Positions 51,696 through 61,167 of a stretch of DNA of 64,000 nt are shown here, piece after piece. The position numbers were made by a program, and so were the translations under genes. Below the pieces are notes generated by a model. It saw only the letters and a list, made by a program, of their open reading frames with translations, was not told the origin of the DNA and ran no database searches. Location: assembly GCA_963810275.1 (NCBI GenBank), contig CAWENF010000014.1, positions 32,001 through 96,000 of the forward strand. The letters run 5' to 3'. The stretch comes from an uncultured archaeon (lineage in GTDB: Archaea; Thermoproteota; Bathyarchaeia; Bathyarchaeales; Bathycorpusculaceae). The first letter of the stretch is position 1; each line of letters opens with the position of its first letter.

Positions 51696-52893
51696 ATGGA
51701 GTTAACACCACAAGAGCAAGCTATGCTGGACGGCAAAGAAGGCTACGCTGTCCGCAAAAGCATGCAAATCCTTGTTGCGCTGGGAGAAATCTTTGGCGCT
51801 AAAAACCTAATCGACGTTGGCAGCGTGCAAGTTGCGGGCGTCAGCTACCACAACCTCGGCGACGCAGGCTTGGAGTTTCTCAACTCGCTTGCGGCGGATG
51901 GTAAAGTCAAAGTCTTAACCACGCTTAACCCCGCAGGCATGGACTTGGAGAACTGGCAGCAACTCGGCATCAGCCCCGACTTCGCAGACAAACAAAACCA
52001 AGTCATCGACGCTTTCGAGCGGATGGGCATCCTCATCAGTTGCACCTGCACACCCTACCTAATCGGCAACCTCCCACTCTTTGGCGAGCATGTTGCATGG
52101 TCAGAAAGCAGTGCAGTGACGTTTGCGAACTCTGTTTTGGGTGCAAGAACTAACCGTGAAGGCGGACCATCAGCGTTGGCGGCGGCATTCGTGGGCAAAA
52201 CCCCCTGCTACGGCTTGCACCTCGACGAGAACCGCGTCCCCGACATCCACGTTCAAGTCAACACCCCCATGACTAAACTTTCAGACTGGGGCGCACTCGG
52301 CTACGCCATTGGCAAAAAAGCGGAAAACAAAATACTCCTACATTACAGGAATCAAAAACGCCAGCCTCGACGAACTCAAAAGCTTCGGCGCCTCGCTGGT
52401 GACGTATGGGGCGAAGCCGCTTTTCTACATGAAAGACGTAACCCCCAGCTGGGAAGCCCAACAGCAGCCTATAGAAACAGTTACAATCGAACAAAGCGAC
52501 ATCAAAGCAGCCTACGACCACATAAACGACGACGTATCAGAAATCGACTTTGTCTGCGTTGGCTGCCCTCACTGCAGCATCAAAGAGATTCAGGAAATCG
52601 CTGAGTTAATCAAAGGCAAAAAAGTCAAGGAAGGCACCGAACTCTGGGTAGCAACGTCACGTACAGCCAAACAGCTCTCAGACAAGCGGGGCTATACGAC
52701 GGTGATTGAGGCGGCGGGCGGCAAATTCGCCTGCGACACCTGCATGGCCGTGGCGCCGCTAAAAGGCAGATTCAAGGCGTTGGCAACCACTTCAGCCAAA
52801 GGGTGTTTCTACTCTCGTCAGAATTTGATGAAAACAAAGATGGGCAGCATGAAGGAATGCGTCCAAGCAGCGGTGAATGGAAAATGGAATTGA
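51696..52893 (+). CDS. Aconitase X large subunit / phosphomevalonate dehydratase large subunit (+1 frameshift near 52337)
   Basis: GVSYHNLGDAG, TTLNPAG, CTCTPY, WSESSAV..ANSVLGARTNREG, GCPHCS, DTCMAV. Confidence 0.9.
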
Positions 52894-53267
52894 AAGGCAG
52901 AATAATCTACAAAGGAAAAGCCCAAGCAGAAGCGCTCGTTACTTCGATGCCGATTAGCTTCTACGGTGGAGTTGACCCCAACACTGGCGAAGTCATCGAG
53001 AAAGGACACGAACTCAAAGGTGTAAGCATCAAAGACAAGGTCTTGGTTTTTCCGCAGGGCAAAGGCTCAACGGTGGGTAGCTACACGTTGTATCGACTCA
53101 AGAAGAATGGCGTCGCACCCGCAGCCATGATTAATCGAGAGACAGAGACCATCGTCGCAGTCGGAGCTATCATAAGCGAAATCCCATTCGTAGACAAAAT
53201 CGACACTGCCAAAATCAAGACTGGCAACAAAGTTAAAGTAGAAAACGACACCGTAACTCTCCCATAA
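52884..53267 (+). CDS. Aconitase X small (swivel, DUF126) subunit / phosphomevalonate dehydratase small subunit
   Basis: ISFYGGVDPNTG, GKGSTVGSY, APAAMIN, IVAVGAII. Confidence 0.92.
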   Translation: MELKGRIIYKGKAQAEALVTSMPISFYGGVDPNTGEVIEKGHELKGVSIKDKVLVFPQGKGSTVGSYTLYRLKKNGVAPAAMINRETETIVAVGAIISEIPFVDKIDTAKIKTGNKVKVENDTVTLP

Positions 53268-53670
53268 ATTCTCTTACTTTTTTGTACCTTAAAACATCTT
53301 CAGAAGAAAACTAGGCGATTGACTGGGCGCAATAGAGTTGTTCGAGGCAACAAATCTTGTGATTTTAGAAAAGATAGGACTTTACATAGTCTTTGTCGTT
53401 GCAAGTTGCTACAGCGCCTGAACTTGATACAGAAGGCACGGTTTTGCTTTGTAATAGGCATTCTTTTTGAGTATAAGCCGCCTCAACCGACCCGAATTGC
53501 ATCACAGACACGGCATAAAAACATTTTGCTGTGAACAATTCCTAAGAACGATGCACTCTTCTTTTGATAATTAAAAAATAAAAAACACCCTGAACCCCAG
53601 TCTTGAAACGGATACGTTTATATCTAAATCCTTAGTTTTAGTGACTGCGCAATCAAGGAAATGACGCTAT

Positions 53671-54063
53671 ATGTCTACTCACAGCAGTTTACGTAAAAGG
53701 AAACTTTCAGGCGGCAAAAAACGCGCCAATCGCACCAAAAAACTGTACGAAGCAGGCGGTTACCCAGCCGAAACCATCCTAGGCGAACCTAAACGCAAAA
53801 CCAAACGCACCATGGGCGGCAACACAAAAATCAAGGTTCTAACAGAAAAATTTGCCTCAGTAACTGATCCTAAAACCGGCAAAACCGAGAAAACCCAAAT
53901 CGTACGCGTAGTGAAAAATGGAGCAAACGTTGACTATAACCGCAGAGGCGTCATCACCAAAGGCGCAGAAATCGAAACCGCCCTCGGACATGCCAAAGTC
54001 ACAAGCCGACCAGGTAACGACGGCACAATTGCCGCAGTCTTAGTAGGCAAAGAAAAAGCATAA
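53671..54063 (+). CDS. rps8e: 30S ribosomal protein S8e
   Basis: RK.SGGK, RTMGGN.K, RRGVITKGA.IET..G.AKVTSRPG.DG. Confidence 0.96.
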   Translation: MSTHSSLRKRKLSGGKKRANRTKKLYEAGGYPAETILGEPKRKTKRTMGGNTKIKVLTEKFASVTDPKTGKTEKTQIVRVVKNGANVDYNRRGVITKGAEIETALGHAKVTSRPGNDGTIAAVLVGKEKA

Positions 54064-54090
54064 CTTTTTCTTAAAAAATATATTTTTTGT

Positions 54091-54408
54091 TTATCTTCTT
54101 CTAGGCTGCTCAGAAGCCTGTTGATTCTTGACTTTAATTAGATGCTTAGATAGCTTTTTGATTATGGCTTCTTTCGGCTCGTTTTTCTCAACAATCAGCA
54201 TGCCGCTTTTCAGCCACGGCGCTTTAGGATAGTGTGCTTCCAAGTTGATTTCGCTTTCCAAGCCCAGTCTCTCTGCGGCTTCTTTGACTTCAGCAATTTT
54301 AGGCGACAGTACAGCTTGGCTTTTAGGGATACGACGTCCTTCCTTGCGCGTTCTGTTGATGTCAAAGTATACTGGCCAGATTATTGCTTGGTCATCTAGT
54401 TTACGCAT
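54091..54408 (-). CDS. srp19: Signal recognition particle 19 kDa protein
   Basis: IIWPVYFD...TRKEGRRIPK, YPKAPW. Confidence 0.93.
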   Translation of the reverse strand: MRKLDDQAIIWPVYFDINRTRKEGRRIPKSQAVLSPKIAEVKEAAERLGLESEINLEAHYPKAPWLKSGMLIVEKNEPKEAIIKKLSKHLIKVKNQQASEQPRRR

Positions 54409-54420
54409 GCTTCTGTTCTC

Positions 54421-56172
54421 CTATTTCTGTGCGAAATAAGCTGTTAACTTTTCGCCTACATCGTCTATGCGGACGAAGCCGTAGCGTTCAAACTGTATAA
54501 TGTCGTCTCGCTTTAACTTTTTGCAGACAACCTCCGCGTAACCCCATGTAACTGATGCGTCTTGTTGCACCACTTCTGTGGGGTACTCATAGCCTTTAGG
54601 TATCCATTGTATAAGCTGGACTTTTTGCTTGCGTGCGTCCTCGTATGACTCGCTGGCAAAAGTTGCTGTGACAGTTTTGTCGATTGCGGACTGGATTGTT
54701 ATATTGAAGAGCTCCATAAGTCGTAAAGTCTGCCCTGTATGAATGGCTTGGGCGTCTTTTTTGCTTATCCAGAATGATGCCATTGTGCTATTGGCTTCAG
54801 GCAATACAGCGTATTCTCTGAAACCACGATTGGGATGCTCAGGGTGCAGGGGCAATTTCGCCAAAAATGTCTTTGGCAACCCCGAAACTTTCAGGTTGAC
54901 AGGTTCCGCCACGAAAAAGTAACGGTCACTGGAAGCATCCAAAACTTTGCGGTTATAAGAATTCAAGGTCTCCCAGCTAAGCGTTACGTCATTGGGTTTC
55001 ACACCAACGTCAATTATGACTTTCTTAATTGCTTCAGGCGTTATGCCACGTTTTTTTAGAGCTTGAAACGTCCCCAGTCGGGGGTCATCGAAGTCCATAA
55101 ATTCGCCGCCTTCAATACCCGCCACGATTTTAGATTTGGATAAAGAGGCACCGGTGATTTTTAGCCTGCCATAATGGATAGCGTCAGGATACTCCCAGCC
55201 CAAATGCCGATACATGTACTTCTGTCGCTCCATGTTTGTGTAGTGCTCTTTACCCCTGATTATGTGAGTCATGCCCATCAGGTGGTCGTCAACGCCCGCT
55301 GCAAGGTTATACAGTGGCCACAAGAAGTATTTACTGCCCACACGAGGATGTGGATGCGTTACAGTATCGATTACCCGTAGTGCTGGCCAGTCGCGAATGG
55401 CCGGGTTAGGATGGTTCAACTCGGTTTTGACACGCACAACCGCTTCACCTTCGAGGTATCTGCCAGAACGCATTTTCCGCCACCTTTCCAACTGCTCGGA
55501 TTGGCTGAGGCTACGGCAGCAGCAAGCTTCCTTAGCTATGATTTTGCTGCGGAAAGCCTCAGGTTTACATTCACAAATGTAAGCATTCCCGTCGCCGACC
55601 AGTCTCTCCACAATGTCATAATAGATGTCTAAGCGATCGCTTTGGATGTACTCCTCGTCAACTTTGACGCCGAGCCATTTGAGGTCGCTTCGGATTGCGT
55701 CGTAAAATTCGAGTTTGGGCCTCTTCGTTTTGGGGTCGGTGTCTTCGAAGCGTAGTATGAATTTGCCGTTGTAGATGCGGGCGTATTCGTGGCTTAGGAG
55801 TATGGCACGAGCTGAACCCAAGTGCAGTACGCAGTCGGGGTTAGGTGAGAAGCGGGTGGTTATCTGCTTGTATTTGGAAGCGTTTGGCAATGGGGACAGC
55901 TTTTTCTCTTCGGCTTCGGGTTTTTTCTGGGTGTCTGGCCAGTATTTCTCTACAATTGCTTTCTGCTCGGACAAAGGCAACGCGTTGACTTCGGCGACAA
56001 CTGCGTTGATTATAACTGAGAGTTCTTTGACTTTACTGCGGAGGTCTGCGCGTTCGCCAAGTACTTTGCCGACCATGGCACCTGCCTGAGCTTTACCGTC
56101 GTGGCTAACTGAATTTAGTAATGCTGCTTTTCTAATAAGTTCCCTTAAATCGCTGTCGTTTTCTAGTGCCAA
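54421..56172 (-). CDS. gltX: Glutamyl-tRNA synthetase (archaeal)
   Basis: TRFSPNPD..LHLG (HIGH-like), LRFEDTDP, THIIRGKEH, LSKS, IIQFERYGF. Confidence 0.95.
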   Translation of the reverse strand: MALENDSDLRELIRKAALLNSVSHDGKAQAGAMVGKVLGERADLRSKVKELSVIINAVVAEVNALPLSEQKAIVEKYWPDTQKKPEAEEKKLSPLPNASKYKQITTRFSPNPDCVLHLGSARAILLSHEYARIYNGKFILRFEDTDPKTKRPKLEFYDAIRSDLKWLGVKVDEEYIQSDRLDIYYDIVERLVGDGNAYICECKPEAFRSKIIAKEACCCRSLSQSEQLERWRKMRSGRYLEGEAVVRVKTELNHPNPAIRDWPALRVIDTVTHPHPRVGSKYFLWPLYNLAAGVDDHLMGMTHIIRGKEHYTNMERQKYMYRHLGWEYPDAIHYGRLKITGASLSKSKIVAGIEGGEFMDFDDPRLGTFQALKKRGITPEAIKKVIIDVGVKPNDVTLSWETLNSYNRKVLDASSDRYFFVAEPVNLKVSGLPKTFLAKLPLHPEHPNRGFREYAVLPEANSTMASFWISKKDAQAIHTGQTLRLMELFNITIQSAIDKTVTATFASESYEDARKQKVQLIQWIPKGYEYPTEVVQQDASVTWGYAEVVCKKLKRDDIIQFERYGFVRIDDVGEKLTAYFAQK

Positions 56173-56190
56173 ACTGATACGCCTACACAG

Positions 56191-57261
56191 TTATTTGTTG
56201 CGCCTAACCAAGAATTCGGCGAACGCTTTTAATTTTTCCTTAGCTTCAGGCGTTGGCAGCAATAGGTCTACGTCAGTCCAGCTGTCGGTGACCATTTTTT
56301 CAGCGACTGTTTTGACGTGTTCAAAGGCGCCGTACTTTTTGATTATGGCTATAGCTTCGTCCCGCAATGGCTGCTCGTAAGTGTGCATGGCAAGTACCTC
56401 CAGAAGCCGCTCTCTATCAAATTCAGAAGCGTTTTGAAGTGTATAGATTACGAGAAGTGAGCGTTTGCCTTCGCTAATGTCGCCGCCCACACAGCCCTTG
56501 CTCTTAGCGAACTCCTCACCAGTTAAGTCCAATATGTCATCCTGCATTTGGAACGCAACGCCAATAGATTCAGCTAAGCTGCCCAGTTTCTCGACCAGTT
56601 TGGGTTCTGCACCTGCAACAACCGCCGCCATCTTTGCTGCCATGCGGGCCAGCGTGCCTGTTTTGTAGGCGCACATTTGCAGATAATCCTTCTCGATAAG
56701 CTGGTCAGCGTTGGCGATGCCTCTGTGCCATGCAATGTCCATGGCTTGCCCCATACTGAGGTTAATCATTTCCTGTACATAAATCTCGTAAATGTCCCTC
56801 TGCACCTCAGCCGAAAGCTGGTCTCGGTTAACCATTATGGGCAAAAGCGGCAGGTAATACATAGCGTTGCCAACGTTGATGGCTATGTCGTTACCGTAAA
56901 TTTTGTAGCTGCATGGTTTTCCCCGTCGGACTTCAGAGGAGTCCTCAATGTCGTCAACTACGAGGGTACCGTTGTGGATGACTTCTGGAATAATTGCGAA
57001 GTCAAGGCACCAATCCCCCTTTTTGCCCAGAGCTTCGCAGATAATCAGGAATAGTGCGGGGCGCCAGCGTTTGCCGCCTCGGTCCAACATATCCCACACT
57101 GGGTCCGCTATGGCTTTGTTTAGGGGCTCAAGGTTGTAACTGTACATAGGCGGCGTAACTTTGAATGAAACCGCTTTTTCTGTGAACTGTCTGGGTAAGT
57201 ATTTTTCGATGGCTTTGTCGATTTTGGGTGCTGTTTCTTCTAGGAATTGTTCGATGTCCAT
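56191..57261 (-). CDS. idsA: Polyprenyl (geranylgeranyl) diphosphate synthase
   Basis: GGKRWRP, DDIED..RRGKP, GQAMD, KTG, FQMQDDILD. Confidence 0.92.
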   Translation of the reverse strand: MDIEQFLEETAPKIDKAIEKYLPRQFTEKAVSFKVTPPMYSYNLEPLNKAIADPVWDMLDRGGKRWRPALFLIICEALGKKGDWCLDFAIIPEVIHNGTLVVDDIEDSSEVRRGKPCSYKIYGNDIAINVGNAMYYLPLLPIMVNRDQLSAEVQRDIYEIYVQEMINLSMGQAMDIAWHRGIANADQLIEKDYLQMCAYKTGTLARMAAKMAAVVAGAEPKLVEKLGSLAESIGVAFQMQDDILDLTGEEFAKSKGCVGGDISEGKRSLLVIYTLQNASEFDRERLLEVLAMHTYEQPLRDEAIAIIKKYGAFEHVKTVAEKMVTDSWTDVDLLLPTPEAKEKLKAFAEFLVRRNK

Positions 57262-57262
57262 G

Positions 57263-58366
57263 TTATTGTGCTCCTCTTTTAGCGTATTTCTGCAGGTTAA
57301 AGCCTCGTGCGGTTAGCCACTCGGCGGTTTTGCTTGTGATTACGACGGGTGATTTGGGTAAGTCTGAGATTTTTTTGACTCCTGTTAGGAACATAATGTT
57401 TCGTAGTTCCTCGATTAGGCATTTGAGGTTGGTTTGGGTTTCCGCTGCGCCTTTAACGGCTGTCTGCAAAATCGGCTGCGCAATGCTCGCTAAATCAGCG
57501 TTAAGTGCGAGTGCTTTGGCGATGTCGGCGCCGCTTCGGATGCCGCCTGAAGCGATTAGTGGCAGTTTGACGGTCTGTGCGTTCTCAATTAAGCTTATTG
57601 CTGTGGGTATTCCCCAATCCCACAGTGCTTCGCCCAGAAAAAGCTGCACTTCACCTTGCTCTTTGGAGACCCGGTGGTACTCGACTGCTGCAAAGCTGGT
57701 TCCGCCTACTCCACCGATGTCAATGGCTTTAACTCCCGCGTTTTCCAGTGCTTTGGCGTCTTCCGCAGATATCCCTGCACCTGTTTCCTTCACGATAACA
57801 GGTACGTCAAGCGCCGAGGCGATTTCGCAGATTTTCTCCAGAACACCGTGGAAGTTGGTTTGCCCCTCAGGCTGCACTGCCTCCTGTAAGGCGTTTAGGT
57901 GGATTGCCACTGCGTCGGCGTCAATCATTTCTGCAATACATTTGACTTCTTTGACTCCGAAGCCATGCACCAGTTGAACGCCGCCGACGTTGGCGATTAA
58001 AAAAGCGTTTGGGGCCTTTTCGCGGGCGACGCGGTAAGTGCGTTCTAAGCTGCGGTTTTCGATGGCTGCTCGTTGGCTGCCTACACCCATGCCTAAGCCG
58101 AGGTTTTCGACTGCCGTTGCGATGTGGGCGTTGATTTCTGTGGCTTCCTCAGTGCCGCCAGTCATAGCTCCAACAATTATGGGGGCAGAAAATTTTTTGC
58201 CCAAGAAATTGGTGGATACGTCGATTTCTGATTTGTTTATTTCAGGCAAAGCGCGGTGGACTAGCTGGATGTCTTCAAAGCCAGAGGTCGCCCTCTTAGC
58301 TTGCGCTTTATCATCCAAACAAATCCTGATGTGGTCAACTTTGCGTTTGCCGGTTTCCTCAGCCAT
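57263..58366 (-). CDS. fni: Type 2 isopentenyl-diphosphate isomerase
   Basis: RKVDHI, AMTGG, GVGSQR, HLNALQE.VQPEG, KETGAG, GGTSF, ASGGIR. Confidence 0.95.
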   Translation of the reverse strand: MAEETGKRKVDHIRICLDDKAQAKRATSGFEDIQLVHRALPEINKSEIDVSTNFLGKKFSAPIIVGAMTGGTEEATEINAHIATAVENLGLGMGVGSQRAAIENRSLERTYRVAREKAPNAFLIANVGGVQLVHGFGVKEVKCIAEMIDADAVAIHLNALQEAVQPEGQTNFHGVLEKICEIASALDVPVIVKETGAGISAEDAKALENAGVKAIDIGGVGGTSFAAVEYHRVSKEQGEVQLFLGEALWDWGIPTAISLIENAQTVKLPLIASGGIRSGADIAKALALNADLASIAQPILQTAVKGAAETQTNLKCLIEELRNIMFLTGVKKISDLPKSPVVITSKTAEWLTARGFNLQKYAKRGAQ

Positions 58367-58371
58367 CGTGC

Positions 58372-59172
58372 TTACTTCTCTATTTCAGTGCCTAACACGC
58401 TTTGGTCAGTTAAGGCTCTGTAGATAGATAACTTTTTTGTGGCTCCGGTGACGGTTACGTGGACTCCAGCTTCAATTGCTGGGATTAACTCTGCGATTTT
58501 GCCGGCCATTCCGCCGGTGACGTCTGTTCCTTGTGCTTTGCCCAGTTTTGGCTGGAGGTCTTTTAGTTCTTTTAGTTTGAGTGTTTTGTATGCTTTGGCG
58601 TCAGGGTTATTTTTTGGGTCGCAGTCGAATAAGCCGTCGGTATCTACGCCGACAACGATTTTTTGTGCTTTGTATTTAAGTGCTAGGTAAGTTACGAGTT
58701 GGTCACCTGATAGAACAGTGAAGCCGAGTTTGTCGTCGAAAACCACGTCGCCATAGAGAACTGGCGTGTAGATGAGTTTTGACATTGCTTTCAGGGCAGT
58801 GTCGTCGAAGAAGTTGATTTTACCGTTTTCGGTTACGAAACAGTTTGATGGTGCAACGCTTATTGCGGGGATTTCATGCCAAATCAACGAGTCCATTACC
58901 AGCCCGTTTAGTACGGTCATCATGTGGTGTGTTTCTGCGAAGCCGAATTTCTGTGCTGGGTCTTCTTTGTAGCCGTCTTTTATGGCGAATTTGGCTGCTT
59001 CGGGGTGACCGAAGCTTCCGCCTCCGTGGACAACGATGAGGTTGTCAAGGTCTGCCCGTTTAATTTCCTCCGCGAGTTGGTTTATGATTTCAGTTCGGGG
59101 AGTGGCTTCTTGGGTTTTGTCGGTGATGGCTGAACCGCCGAGTTTTAGTATGATTGGGTTGTCATCGTTCAT
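58372..59172 (-). CDS. ipk: Isopentenyl phosphate kinase
   Basis: LKLGGSAITDK, VHGGGSFGH, LYGDVV, SGD, DVTGGMAGK. Confidence 0.93.
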   Translation of the reverse strand: MNDDNPIILKLGGSAITDKTQEATPRTEIINQLAEEIKRADLDNLIVVHGGGSFGHPEAAKFAIKDGYKEDPAQKFGFAETHHMMTVLNGLVMDSLIWHEIPAISVAPSNCFVTENGKINFFDDTALKAMSKLIYTPVLYGDVVFDDKLGFTVLSGDQLVTYLALKYKAQKIVVGVDTDGLFDCDPKNNPDAKAYKTLKLKELKDLQPKLGKAQGTDVTGGMAGKIAELIPAIEAGVHVTVTGATKKLSIYRALTDQSVLGTEIEK

Positions 59173-59717
59173 CGTGATCGTAACCTACTATCAGTATTTA
59201 CGTACTGCTAATTTAACGTTGCAGTTTTCTATCTGTAACGTATGGGAGTGTGATGTTGCGAGTTGTTTTATGTGCGGCGCTCAATTTTTCATATGCATAA
59301 AAATCTTATGATTGATTTTTTTATTTTCTCTATTGGTAGATAATGGAAGTGATTCTGTTACCAATTCTTTCTGGAGGTTATACTATTTTTTCTGTTTAGT
59401 GGCTGGTTAGTGGGAGCGACATGCTATTTGGTTGTGCTTGGTGTTAGAAACAGCTTGGAAAACCTTTTTCTCTTGTTTTTCTACCTTTAAAGTGAACATG
59501 ACAGTTCCTACCGACACCAAAAGACAGATCATGCCCGTTGTTGTTTTTTGTTGCTTCGTTGTGTCGCTACGGCTGTTTCGGTGCGGCGCCATGCAGAATA
59601 CGCCAAACAGGGGCGCATAGCCATCCCAGAATTAGCAACAAGCATCCGTTTGCCAGTGTTTAGCCTAATACAAGTAGCTATTGTTGCATTTACGCTAAGA
59701 AAGAATAGCAGGCTGGA

Positions 59718-60473
59718 TTATACTTGCCTAAATGTGGCTCCCTGCGATTGTTCAGATTCTTTTATCTCCGCCAATGCCTTGCGTTCTTCCTCGCCTTCTT
59801 TGCGTTCCCGCTCCGCAATGTCCTCTTTAATAGCTTCGCCAAAAATCTTGCGCAGATCTCTTTTTAGCACTGTTTGGTCTTGTGTTAACCCAAAATAGTC
59901 AGCAAAGTAATCAGTGGTTTTCAGGGCCAGCGAGCGCCCGCTTCGTTCGGTCATGATTAAACCCATGTCTTTTAAGAGTTTGACATGTCCGTAGGCATGT
60001 TGCCCGCGGACTTCGATAACGCGCTTTTGCAGAATAGGCTGGCGGTAAGCGATGTAGGAGAGCGTCTTTAGGGGACCTGATGACAGCAAAGGGCGGTTAA
60101 CCAACTTTTTGATTAGCGGGGTAAATTCGGGTTTAACCTGTAACACGTACCGCTCGTCTTTAAGTGCCAAAATCTCCATAGGACTATTACGTGCTTTGTA
60201 CTGTTCGGCAAGCGTTTTTGCGTAGCTGATTACTCGTTTTTTGCTTCTGCTCCCCACCGCCTGGCACATCTCATTAACGTCTAAGGGACGACCTGCAACG
60301 TATAGTGCAGCTTCAACCAAATTGAGAGCATGTTGTTTACGTTCATTAGTTTCCACCATCAACTCCGTTGCTTCTTGGGTTTCAATCTGAGGTTTTTCAG
60401 GCACCGTCTTTGGTGGAGCCGCCTGTGTCGGTTGATTGGCTTGTTTAACCGGTTGTTCGTTAGTTTTTTGCAA
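59718..60473 (-). CDS. scpB: Segregation and condensation protein B
   Basis: VEAALYVAGRPL, LKTLSYIAYRQPI, VRG, TTDYFADYFGL. Confidence 0.92.
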   Translation of the reverse strand: MQKTNEQPVKQANQPTQAAPPKTVPEKPQIETQEATELMVETNERKQHALNLVEAALYVAGRPLDVNEMCQAVGSRSKKRVISYAKTLAEQYKARNSPMEILALKDERYVLQVKPEFTPLIKKLVNRPLLSSGPLKTLSYIAYRQPILQKRVIEVRGQHAYGHVKLLKDMGLIMTERSGRSLALKTTDYFADYFGLTQDQTVLKRDLRKIFGEAIKEDIAERERKEGEEERKALAEIKESEQSQGATFRQV

Positions 60474-61167
60474 CTTTTAATTTCCCCACAGCTATGTATA
60501 GTTCTTCAGTTTCCTCATTCTGCCACAGGCTAACTAAGCCATCTTGCGCGAGGAACAATAGATAGATAAACATCCTGAGCGCCTCAATCCGCGTGGCACC
60601 CTTAGAGAGAGTGGTGAAGTCAATTATGCCTTGTCCGCCTGTCTTCTCGACAAGTATGGCGTATAGCTGGTCCACCTGAAGCTCAAGTTCAGCTATGAAT
60701 TTGTCAAATTTAGGCAACAAATCTATCACCGCAGGCAAAACGGGGTGTTGATCTACCACTGGGCGCAAGATGAGGTCTTTTTCACCTTTGAGCACGTCAT
60801 CAAGGACTTCAAGTAAGTGCTGGATGGTGGTGGATGTAAGTTCATGACGCAACGGCAGAAACAGCGGTGGCGGCACAAAGTCGTTGGGTACACGAGGCAC
60901 CGGACGAGGGGGTTCTTGCAAGGTAAGCAACAGCTTAGATTTCATCAGGTAAATCAAAGCAGAAGAGTCCAATGCCACACCTGAAGCGCGAAAATCAACC
61001 TTCTCAGGGTTGGACCGCTCCATCTCCGAAAGGAAACTGCGCAGCAAATAGGCGATGTTGACGTTCCAAGGCGTGAGTTTTTCGAGTTTACTGATTTCAA
61101 AAAGGATGTTCCAGGGAGGACGCAAATAGAAAGGACGCCGCATGGGAGCCGTCGAAGTAGACGACAT
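60460..61167 (-). CDS. scpA: Segregation and condensation protein A (kleisin)
   Basis: PWNVNI..L...L, A.IY.MKS.LLL, FIYLLFLA..G.V.L.Q; lies between smc and scpB. Confidence 0.88.
   Translation of the reverse strand: MSSTSTAPMRRPFYLRPPWNILFEISKLEKLTPWNVNIAYLLRSFLSEMERSNPEKVDFRASGVALDSSALIYLMKSKLLLTLQEPPRPVPRVPNDFVPPPLFLPLRHELTSTTIQHLLEVLDDVLKGEKDLILRPVVDQHPVLPAVIDLLPKFDKFIAELELQVDQLYAILVEKTGGQGIIDFTTLSKGATRIEALRMFIYLLFLAQDGLVSLWQNEETEELYIAVGKLKVAKN

Noticed and set aside
52320-52345. Programmed frameshifting in AcnX and other split genes
   Set aside because: No consistent slippery motif or stimulatory structure; the pattern fits scattered sequencing indels.
57228-57977. 249-aa plus-strand ORF and the many other antisense ORFs in the track
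   Set aside because: They are shadows of well-supported genes on the opposite strand and show no independent motifs.
59180-59700. Genes between ipk and scpB
   Set aside because: Only short overlapping ORFs without motifs; a degraded gene cannot be distinguished from non-coding DNA.
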